A stretch of DNA of 60,560 bases from an uncultured delta proteobacterium (lineage in GTDB: Bacteria > Bdellovibrionota_C > UBA2361 > OMII01). The stretch covers positions 1-60,560 of the forward strand of contig CAIXKI010000169.1 in assembly GCA_903920005.1 (NCBI GenBank). The letters are read 5' to 3'. The notes beneath the pieces are model-generated. The model searched no databases and was not told the origin of the DNA. It saw nothing but the letters and a program-made list of their open reading frames with translations. The translations under genes were made by a program, and so were the position numbers. Position 1 is the stretch's first letter, and each line of letters opens with the position of its first letter. This document shows positions 53,308 to 60,560 of this stretch, in pieces.

Positions 53308-54771
53308 TTAACTCTCATACGCCTCGGCAGGATCCTCCCCGTTCAAGAGCGCTCGTATAGCGGGCCCCTTGTTGAAGTGACCATCAAGAACGCCGGCAAG
53401 TCCGATAGTCACTCCGATTACGAGTCCGATGGCGACCACAGATCTCCAGAACCATCGAACCCAGGAGCGACGGCTGAAGCGGCACGCGAACCATAGCGCA
53501 GGCAAAGATACTACGCTAAAGACGGAGATCGCTTCAAAGAGATACCGGGCAGCAGCGAAGATACAGGTGTGGAGATACGCCAGAATCGTAAAGCCAATAG
53601 CCAGACAGGTACCGAAGAAGAGTTTCGCGTTCGTAGGAAACGCGCGCCAGTATATCAGTGTCGCAATGAGGCCTGGAATGAGGAGCGGAGATACCGCGAA
53701 CAGGCCCGTCACGGCGTCGGCGCCAAGATACGTGAGGTCAGAATCTATAAGGCTTCGGGGTGGAAAACGTTTGAAAGAGAGGTACGGAAATTCGGCGACA
53801 AGATATGGCGGTTGTAGAAGAAGATACCATGCTTGCACGGAGAGGAGTCGTGGCTGATTGAGCACGTTCTGAAGAGCGCAGAGAGGTTGTTTTGTGAAGT
53901 CATCGAGGCCTAACTGATATGAGAGGCCAAACTCAAAGATGCTATCGAAACGCGCGTAGTTGTACCAAGCGAGGATAGCCCCTCCAAGAAAAAGGGGTGC
54001 CGCGAAGGTGGCGATAGTTCTCGGCGTTATTTTGCTATCCTTGACCGTAAGGGCGGAGATGCACAGGAGGAGTCCTGCACATAGAGCGACTAGCATGTGA
54101 GTTGGTCGTGAACCGATCGCTGCCAAGGCTGAAACGCCAGCGAGAAGCGCGTACCCACGCGCTGGTCTCTGCGCCGTGAGGCAGCGAATAAGAAAAAAGA
54201 GAGTAAGCAGTTGAAAGAGCATGCCACTTAACGCGGCTACCACATACATTCCTCCTCCGAGTTGGAGAGAGAGGCTTGATCCAAACGCTACATAGAAAAA
54301 CCATGGTAGAAGGCCTCCCGGGGGAGAGAGGTTCAATAATCGGCGAGAGGCGGAGAGGCATGTTGCGCCAAGAGCGACGATGGCGAGGGTCGACAATAGT
54401 ATGATTGCAACGTCGTCCGTCAGAGGGTGATGAAATAGGACGAGGCTTGGAGCGTAGAGGATAAGCGCCGGGATCGGTCCGAAATAGAGAAAATATTTTT
54501 GATTGTACCAAGAGGCATCCCAGATAAAAGATGGATAGCGCCGAGAGTATGGATTGTACGGATCTGGATTTTCGATCAGCTCCTGCTCAGGGACCACATC
54601 GAAATGGAGCTGTTGTTTCAGGAAGGCCTCAGAAAGCAGAACGTAGTTGCTCGGGTCTTTGCTTGGTTCGTATCGAAACTTCGCGAAGGTAGAGCTCATC
54701 CAGAAAAGAAAGAGGGTGCTACTTACGGCTAGGAGCCAGATCGCTATTTTAATGAGATGTCGTGCGTTCAT
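53308..54771 (-). CDS. Polytopic membrane protein (487 aa), possibly a GT-C-type glycosyltransferase
   Basis: More than 10 hydrophobic helices. The function is a guess. Confidence 0.5.
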   Translation of the reverse strand: MNARHLIKIAIWLLAVSSTLFLFWMSSTFAKFRYEPSKDPSNYVLLSEAFLKQQLHFDVVPEQELIENPDPYNPYSRRYPSFIWDASWYNQKYFLYFGPIPALILYAPSLVLFHHPLTDDVAIILLSTLAIVALGATCLSASRRLLNLSPPGGLLPWFFYVAFGSSLSLQLGGGMYVVAALSGMLFQLLTLFFLIRCLTAQRPARGYALLAGVSALAAIGSRPTHMLVALCAGLLLCISALTVKDSKITPRTIATFAAPLFLGGAILAWYNYARFDSIFEFGLSYQLGLDDFTKQPLCALQNVLNQPRLLSVQAWYLLLQPPYLVAEFPYLSFKRFPPRSLIDSDLTYLGADAVTGLFAVSPLLIPGLIATLIYWRAFPTNAKLFFGTCLAIGFTILAYLHTCIFAAARYLFEAISVFSVVSLPALWFACRFSRRSWVRWFWRSVVAIGLVIGVTIGLAGVLDGHFNKGPAIRALLNGEDPAEAYES

Positions 54772-54888
54772 CCGGCCGATACTTCCTCAGTCTCCCGTCA
54801 TAATGCTCGAAAGGGGTGTATGAAGCCCCTCTCTAGGTATACGAAACGTTGCGCTGTTTTTCTATTGGGATAATGCGGGAGGGCGCGA

Positions 54889-56538
54889 TTAGAGCAGTTG
54901 CCGGATAAGGTTGATTCGCTCTCTGAGTTGCTTTTCGGTGCATGCCGTTTGGCTCTTTACCTTTTGTTGAGCATTTATCTGGGAATGGATCTGGGCGTGT
55001 GTGCGGCCTGTCTTTTTGTGAAGCATGTTAACGAGCTTTCGCACCTCAACGGTGAGGAAAGCTTTCTCCTCGGCTCGGGTGCGTTTTTCGTCGAGGCGCG
55101 CTTCGACTTTCTGCGTGACCGCGGAGTGAAGTTCTATAGGTTGGTCTCCCGCAAAGAGGGAGAGTTGATTTCCGTGTACGATAACGGAGTTGAGGCCGCT
55201 ATTGTGAGAGCTCAGGGCCTCCCATGAAGGACGGTCTGGTTTCTCTGTTTGCCGCTCTTCGGCGCGATCGAAGATGTCGTCGTTTTCACCGGTCGGCCGT
55301 ATGCAGTGTCGAATCTCGTTCTCGATCTCTTCGGCTAGTCGAGTGAGCGTTGGATCGGCGGGGAGATAACAGTACGCGACCTGAAGGCATTTGAGGGTTG
55401 GTATGCGGCGAACGATGCGGCCGAGAAACTGCCTGAAGTACATCTTCGTTCGCACAGTCGTTGCGTACACACCGACCCGTAGCCGTGGTATGTCGACCCC
55501 TTCGCTCACCATGTTGCATGCGACGAGCCACGGCTCTGATGAATCCCGAAATCGCTTCAGCTTACGGGCAGCCTCGGTCTCTTCAGAAAGAACAACGACC
55601 GGAGAGGTTTTTGATATTGAAGCCAAGAGCTTCGCGAGCTTTCGGGCTGATGTCTGGTCCGCGGCGACGAGAAGTCCTCCCGCGTTTGGATGCTCTCGAC
55701 GAGTCGTCATGAGCATGTCATGGGCGTCTTTGAGCATCGGCGTAATCCAGCCGCTGTCGCCATCGAGCGCCGCTCTGAGGCGTCGTGATTGCCCGATGTG
55801 GTCGAGTTCATCGGAGAAGAGGGCGTACGCTTCTCCCGCATCGTCTCGCCATCCAACCTCTCCACCATAGGTAAAGAACGCGGTTGGTCGGCATACTCCT
55901 TCCTCGACGGCGCGGCTGTATGAATAAGAATAGTCTGGTACTCCAAAACCAAGGTCGTCGTACGAGACGAACGGTATAGGCGCGTTATCGCTTCTGAAAG
56001 GGGTGCCGCTCAGGCAGATTATAAACTTGGCGTCATGAAACGCTGATCTAAGTCCGTCTCCCCATGAGAGGCCGTCTCCCGCATGGTGGACCTCATCAAG
56101 GATGATGCAGGAGTTTTCGGTAAGGCGACGGAAGAGCCCTGGTTTTTGAGCGACCTGCTGGTAGGTCACAACAAATCCGTTAAAATCTCCAGCCAATATT
56201 CCCGTTCCGTTCGAGAAGGAGCTGTCGAGGTGGAGGTCCATCGAGAGAGCTGATCGGGCCCACTGACCTTTAAGATGCGCGGTAGGCACAACGATACCGA
56301 TCCGTGATGCCCCACGCTTTCTCATCTGATGTAGGGCAAGTACGAGGGCGGCCGTTGTTTTTCCGGCTCCGGGAGTCGCTTCGAGAAGGAGCGTTTTTTC
56401 TCCTCTGAGCACGCAGTCTCTATACGAGCCAAACGCCTCTTGTTGCCAAGGGCGAAGCTTGATCTCGGATCCTATCGATTGTGGAGCGATCTGTACTGCT
56501 GGTGCGGCGGTCATGGAACTCGAAACTACTTCGGACAC
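54889..56538 (-). CDS. Superfamily 2 DEAD/DEAH-box helicase (type III restriction Res-like core)
   Basis: Walker A EATPGAGKT, Walker B ILDEVHH, and motif VI-like FLGRIVRR. Start is GTG at 56538 or ATG at 56514. Confidence 0.8.
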   Translation of the reverse strand: MSEVVSSSMTAAPAVQIAPQSIGSEIKLRPWQQEAFGSYRDCVLRGEKTLLLEATPGAGKTTAALVLALHQMRKRGASRIGIVVPTAHLKGQWARSALSMDLHLDSSFSNGTGILAGDFNGFVVTYQQVAQKPGLFRRLTENSCIILDEVHHAGDGLSWGDGLRSAFHDAKFIICLSGTPFRSDNAPIPFVSYDDLGFGVPDYSYSYSRAVEEGVCRPTAFFTYGGEVGWRDDAGEAYALFSDELDHIGQSRRLRAALDGDSGWITPMLKDAHDMLMTTRREHPNAGGLLVAADQTSARKLAKLLASISKTSPVVVLSEETEAARKLKRFRDSSEPWLVACNMVSEGVDIPRLRVGVYATTVRTKMYFRQFLGRIVRRIPTLKCLQVAYCYLPADPTLTRLAEEIENEIRHCIRPTGENDDIFDRAEERQTEKPDRPSWEALSSHNSGLNSVIVHGNQLSLFAGDQPIELHSAVTQKVEARLDEKRTRAEEKAFLTVEVRKLVNMLHKKTGRTHAQIHSQINAQQKVKSQTACTEKQLRERINLIRQLL

Positions 56539-56662
56539 GTAACGAAGTTACTGTGGTAATCAAACCACCGCGCTCTGTCGAGGGGATAAAAGCGAACGAA
56601 AAAAAATTAAAACTCTTGCGTGAGGGTTGGAACGCTGCATCCCATGGTGCGGGGGCGAAAAT

Positions 56663-56688
56663 AAAAAAGGCCGGCAACTAGGCCGGCC
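56663..56688 (-). terminator. Rho-independent terminator of the 56733-57290 gene
   Basis: The minus strand reads ggccggcc-tagtt-gccggcc followed by TTTTTT, 45 nt after the stop. Confidence 0.8.
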
Positions 56689-56732
56689 TTGCGATAACTT
56701 TCTATCTATGCAGATAGAGAGTTGTTGTCCTG

Positions 56733-57290
56733 TTAGCAGTCATCGTCCTTCTTGATCTTGTCAGCGGTGTTTGCGCCGTTCAGGCCGTGGCCCTCGACCT
56801 CGATACACTGTCCAGCGACCAGACTTTCCTTGGTAAAGTTTCGCCCCCTAAATACAGTTTGAGGGGTTACGGTAAAAGTCTTTCCACCTACGATGAGGAT
56901 GGGATCGACAAAAGAGGCGATCGTTCCCTTAGCCTCTACCTCCGTGCCATCAGGATTGCCATCTCCGTCCCCGTCAGGACTATCTTCGAATTGATCATCG
57001 CCATCATCGACCCCATCGCCATCAGAGTCGATGCTACAAAGGTCGCTGCCTCGGGCTCGTTCATAGAGGTCACTTGCTCCATCGCTATCTGAGTCAGTCC
57101 CGGACTTTTCAAGCGCGGCTTTAAGTTTCTCGCGATCGGCCGCGGAGAGCTTCGCGACGAGCTTTGCGAATTTTGTCTCAGCTCTTGCCAGAGTCTTAGC
57201 CTCAGTACGTGCCGTTTTGTAGTTCGGAGCTGCTTGCGCGGAGGAGCAAAAAGCGGAGACCGCTAGCAGAATAAAAGCGATTCGTTTCAT
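56733..57290 (-). CDS. Secreted protein with thrombospondin-type-3-like Ca-binding Asp repeats
   Basis: Signal peptide MKRIAFILLAVSAFCSSAQA. DSDSDGASD, DSDGDGVDDGDD and DGDGDGNPDG. Confidence 0.75.
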   Translation of the reverse strand: MKRIAFILLAVSAFCSSAQAAPNYKTARTEAKTLARAETKFAKLVAKLSAADREKLKAALEKSGTDSDSDGASDLYERARGSDLCSIDSDGDGVDDGDDQFEDSPDGDGDGNPDGTEVEAKGTIASFVDPILIVGGKTFTVTPQTVFRGRNFTKESLVAGQCIEVEGHGLNGANTADKIKKDDDC

Positions 57291-57433
57291 ATCGTGTGGT
57301 TCCTAAAGAAGTTGATACGCCTTCAACAGGATACGTGAGCTGTTTTGCGTTCACCAGAAATATCTCCGCGTTTATACTCGAGCAAAATGACCGCCTTAAG
57401 CTGCATGGGGTAGAGGGCCATTAAATCAGGTGG

Positions 57434-58627
57434 TTAGGTGATGGTGCTGGGGCGGTGGAAGGGAATCGGAAAGGCGTCGAGGGGGAGTACGGAGGAGCCT
57501 TTTGCTATGACTTGAGCAGCCGCCTCGCCGACCGCGGCGGAATGTTTAAATCCGTGCCCGGAGCACGCCGAGATCGCAAGGCACTGCGGCAGGTGAGGCA
57601 GTCGTCCGATCACGAAATCTGAGTTTGGTGTGACGGTATAGAGGCAGGTCGTATGTCGAATGCACGGAAGAGAGAGGTGGGGCATTCGGTCTTTAATGTA
57701 GTCGTTGAAGAACGTTGTGGTCGCCAGCTCAGGGACTATTCTGTCAACGTGGTCGGGGTCTACTGAGGATTCGTATCGCTCCGAGGCGAGCTTGATTCCT
57801 CCACGTGGCCCGTCGACTGCGGGAAATCCGTATATACCATCCTCCCTATCGCTAAAGGACCAAATGAAAACTGGACATCGCTCCGGAGTGAAAAGCGCGT
57901 GATGCCGCCCCGTCGGAAACCAATGTAAGGTTTGTCGAGTCACGCGGAGAGCTGGAAACGTATCGGGAAAGAGTTTTTGGATCCATGGTCCTGCTGTAAC
58001 GACGATCTGTTCGGCGCTGTAGGTACCCTCGTCTGTGATTACCTCGATCGTTCCGAGAGGGGTCTGTCGAATACCTGATACACGTTGGTTCGTTTTGATC
58101 GTGGCGCCGTGCTTTTGTGCCCCGTGTAGCTGCGTTCGAATACACTCTTCGGGGTTGAGGTATCCGGCTTCATATTCAAAGTAAGCGGATTCATTCGGGG
58201 CCACATTGAATTGGGGGAACCGTTTTCGTAGCTCCTGAGAAGAGAGGATATCGTGCCGAATGCCGTGCTTCTGGGCCGCGGCGATGGTAGTGCCGAGAAA
58301 GTCTGGCTTGTTGTGAAAGAAACCTCTCCGCGAGTTGTCTCCGATAACAAGGCCGCCTACTGGAAAGAGCAGCTTTGTGTTGTGCTCTGTTTCAAGGTCT
58401 CTCCACAGTTCGTGAGAGCGTAGAGCGAACGGGGTGTACCGTTCCCCTTCGCCGATAGCGAGTCGAGTAATTCTAGTTTCACCATGCGACGATCCATGAG
58501 GATGAGGTGGCGCGAATTGGTCGATGCCGAGCACGCGTATACCGGCTTTTGCCAGGTGATAGAGAGTCGCGGACCCCATTGCACCAAGGCCAATAACGAG
58601 AGCGTCGTACGAGGATTCTTTGGACAT
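57434..58627 (-). CDS. solA: FAD-dependent N-methyl amino acid oxidase (monomeric sarcosine oxidase / MTOX family)
   Basis: YDALVIGLGAMGSATLYHLAKAG, PHGSSHGETRITR, and the flavinylation-site-like SACSGHGFKH. Confidence 0.85.
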   Translation of the reverse strand: MSKESSYDALVIGLGAMGSATLYHLAKAGIRVLGIDQFAPPHPHGSSHGETRITRLAIGEGERYTPFALRSHELWRDLETEHNTKLLFPVGGLVIGDNSRRGFFHNKPDFLGTTIAAAQKHGIRHDILSSQELRKRFPQFNVAPNESAYFEYEAGYLNPEECIRTQLHGAQKHGATIKTNQRVSGIRQTPLGTIEVITDEGTYSAEQIVVTAGPWIQKLFPDTFPALRVTRQTLHWFPTGRHHALFTPERCPVFIWSFSDREDGIYGFPAVDGPRGGIKLASERYESSVDPDHVDRIVPELATTTFFNDYIKDRMPHLSLPCIRHTTCLYTVTPNSDFVIGRLPHLPQCLAISACSGHGFKHSAAVGEAAAQVIAKGSSVLPLDAFPIPFHRPSTIT

Positions 58628-58675
58628 ACGGTGTGTGTATCACACCGTGGGCACGTCAGCACCCTGCTAGCGGCG

Positions 58676-59476
58676 TTATGCTCGGATGGCGGGGTCGTTT
58701 GAGGTCTCGAAAAATCTTATGAATCTGTGTAGTGCTCGCACACTCTCGGCTGGATCGGGATGCGGACTCGGACCATACGGGTGATATCGGATCGTGTTTG
58801 GAGAAACGAAGATGTCTTGGTCGGGGCTGTGTTCGGCGTATCTTGAGAACGGCAACCCGTCGGATGGACAGTACGTAATGTGGAACGATTCAAGATCGTC
58901 CCGTCGGGAGATCTTGACCCAGACGTCCCGATATCCACTTCCATCGTCGACCCTTCTGGCAAGACCTCCGGGAACCTCTGGGGTTGCGGAGAGTATTCTG
59001 TTCAACGTATCGCAGGCGGAACGCGCCTCCTGTTCTAGAGAGAGCGGTTTTTGGCTCGGGGAGGTCTTCGTAGGCAATTTTGGGAGCGAGTGCTCGGTTC
59101 CCGAGGTTTCAATCAGATTAGAGAGAGGCGTTACGCTTCGGCCTGTCTCATACGCGATGTCTAAAGGCTTGCTGAGTTTCTGAAACGCCTTGTCGCCCTC
59201 TCCGATCATTTTGTGAAACTTTGCTCCTTGAGGATCGTCTTCATACGATATCCCGTGGCGATCAGAGAGGACTACACTAAAAAGCCGCTCGCCTGTACGG
59301 GCACGTCCCGTGAGACCTATCTTGTCAGCACTGAGAGCGATGACCTGTAGGTCTAGTTTGTTAAGCTTGATAGAGCATGTACCAAAGCGTTCAATCACTT
59401 TGTCCGCACGGTCAAGAAGGTTGCGCGCGTCACGCGTAAGGGGGATGATAGAAGTGTGAGCGGAAACTGCACTCAT
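58676..59476 (-). CDS. Hypothetical protein (266 aa)
   Basis: ORF only. Confidence 0.5.
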   Translation of the reverse strand: MSAVSAHTSIIPLTRDARNLLDRADKVIERFGTCSIKLNKLDLQVIALSADKIGLTGRARTGERLFSVVLSDRHGISYEDDPQGAKFHKMIGEGDKAFQKLSKPLDIAYETGRSVTPLSNLIETSGTEHSLPKLPTKTSPSQKPLSLEQEARSACDTLNRILSATPEVPGGLARRVDDGSGYRDVWVKISRRDDLESFHITYCPSDGLPFSRYAEHSPDQDIFVSPNTIRYHPYGPSPHPDPAESVRALHRFIRFFETSNDPAIRA

Positions 59477-59589
59477 ATGAAAAATGGAAGAAATGCACTG
59501 AAAGATATGTAATCCTGAAGGAGTCCGGCATATGCAAAAGCTTTTTGAGAGCTAGAGACATATGCCGGACTCTTGAAACTGTTGTGGGA

Positions 59590-60030
59590 TTAGCGTCGGA
59601 GAAAGCCACCAATGACATCCGTCACGACTTTCCCACCTGCAGCACCACCAGCCATCCCGAGAGCCTCTTTACCGACGTTGCGTCCAGTAACGGCTCCCAA
59701 GATTGCCCCCTGCGCAGCACCACCAGCACCAGTCACGACCACGTCCTGCACATACTTGCCGGCACCATTACTGGGGGCAGGGGCAGGAGCGGCGACGGGC
59801 TGCACATACTGCACAGCGGCAGGAGCAGCGACGGCAACGGGAGCGGCAGCCACAGGGGCAGCAACAACCGTTTGCACGATCGGCTCCAACACCACGCGGT
59901 GAGGACGACCCTGATACTGCACCACTTCTCCCAAGACGAAGGTCTGAGGAGCAGGGGCAGGAGCAGGGGCCGACTGTTGCGCGAACGCGGTGGCGGTAGC
60001 GGCGATGATAGCGATAATGTATTTTTTCAT
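59590..60030 (-). CDS. Secreted Ala/Pro-rich protein with C-terminal glycine-zipper segment
   Basis: The ATG at 60030 gives the signal peptide MKKYIIAIIAATATAFAQQ. APAPAPAP. C-terminal GAGGAAQGAILGAVTGRNVGKEALGMAGGAAGG. Confidence 0.65.
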   Translation of the reverse strand: MKKYIIAIIAATATAFAQQSAPAPAPAPQTFVLGEVVQYQGRPHRVVLEPIVQTVVAAPVAAAPVAVAAPAAVQYVQPVAAPAPAPSNGAGKYVQDVVVTGAGGAAQGAILGAVTGRNVGKEALGMAGGAAGGKVVTDVIGGFLRR

Positions 60031-60460
60031 GTTGTTCTTTCTTGTGACTGTTACGGCAAGCCTGCTCTTAGAAAACGTTTCACCCAATGGTGAGCGCTTC
60101 CCTTGATGTCAGACTCTTCGTATTTGTCACTGACCGGTCTGGTCCCACAGGAGACCTTGCGAATGGATCTCATGTAGGACCAGGCCGAGCGAGAGAGACA
60201 GACATTGATACCTGATAAAAACCTTAAAAATCTTTCAGTGCTATTTCTCGTTCGTGTGGCGTGTCGTCTACACCAACGAGAAATAGACACCGTACTCTTC
60301 TACCCAATCCAATACTGTAAGAGAGGCTCTCCGTGGATGTCCATGGCTCTAGCCGTCTCGTATGAGTGTTATCTGCACTTTTGGGATAAATGCTTCATTA
60401 AATATTCGACAGCTTTTGGCTAGTTGTTTCAATGGGTTGGGTCGGGTGTCGGGCCCGCGA

Positions 60461-60514
60461 TATTCGTATGATTCGCCCGAACCCGCGTCATTCTACGATT
60501 CGCCCGAACCCGCG
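60461..60514 (+). repeat. 27-nt tandem repeat x2 (core gattcgcccgaacccgcg)
   Basis: The 18-nt cores at 60470-60487 and 60497-60514 are identical. Confidence 0.9.
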
Positions 60515-60526
60515 ACGGTTGTCCCT

Positions 60527-60549
60527 GGAGGGCCGGCGGCCTCGCCGGC
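60527..60549. repeat. REP-like GC hairpin, second copy
   Basis: tggagggccggcggcctcgccggc versus 25860-25883 (1 mismatch). Stem gccggcg / cgccggc. Confidence 0.85.
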
Positions 60550-60560
60550 TTGTCGCAACC

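Noticed and set aside
60090-60440. Possible transposase or integrase-core remnant; minus-strand fragments read ...ITLIRDG*SHGHPRRASLTVLDWVEEYGVYFSLV*
   Set aside because: The resemblance to the DNG.EF...AL..WA...GV block of rve domains is vague, the spacing does not fit, and the frames are broken. I cannot support it without a database search.
1-60560. CRISPR array, tRNA, rRNA or tmRNA genes
   Set aside because: There are no short regularly spaced direct repeats; the repeated elements are 1-2.7 kb apart and palindromic. I recognised no cloverleaf-like or rRNA-like sequence by eye. A tRNAscan/Infernal run is still needed for certainty.

Overview
This looks like a gene-dense bacterial chromosomal segment of moderate GC, with about 50 credible CDS. 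I saw no rRNA, tRNA or CRISPR array. I ran no searches, so every product call rests on motifs read by eye from the ORF track, and the lineage cannot be assigned.

Recognisable envelope and housekeeping genes:
- DevC/DevA-type ABC exporter
- kpsF and hldD
- GT2 and GT39/ArnT-like glycosyltransferases
- a glgA-like synthase with a long N-terminal extension
- copA, a secreted SNase-type nuclease and a nitroreductase
- an RlmI-like methyltransferase and a NUDIX hydrolase
- a solA-like oxidase
- a RegB/RegA-like two-component pair
- a COG0523 GTPase and an SF2 helicase

These are interleaved with many orphan ORFs.

Most interesting regions:
1. 3.3-6.0 kb. A translationally coupled minus-strand operon encodes a nucleotidyltransferase, a TIGR04222-type membrane protein ending in a Cys/Gly tail (CGTSCGSSCGGGGCGGGCGGCGS), a DUF692/MbnB-like (MNIO) enzyme and an 82-aa ORF. 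I read it as a membrane-tethered RiPP-like cysteine-modification system with no canonical partner protein.
2. 6.4-13.3 kb. A co-oriented array of about 110-130 bp palindromic elements (three full copies plus degenerate or collapsed ones) delimits cassette-like units. Each element is followed by a short tandem duplication of variable sequence. The units carry Cys-rich secreted proteins, two paralogous thioredoxin-fold proteins, a Grx-like/Cys-rich protein and higBA. The layout resembles an attC/CALIN array, but no integrase is present.
3. Repeat modules A/B/C at 2.5-2.9 kb recur at 13.6-15.4 kb, rearranged around a DUF4143 AAA+ ATPase gene. The two direct A copies bracket the whole 11 kb accessory block.
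4. 39-47 kb. An accessory patch holds a cpYpsA/SLOG protein, a decayed IS3 remnant, a lipase-like orphan, a lone Flp pilin, long homopolymer tracts and a recurring TTCYAC-N5-GTAGA box.
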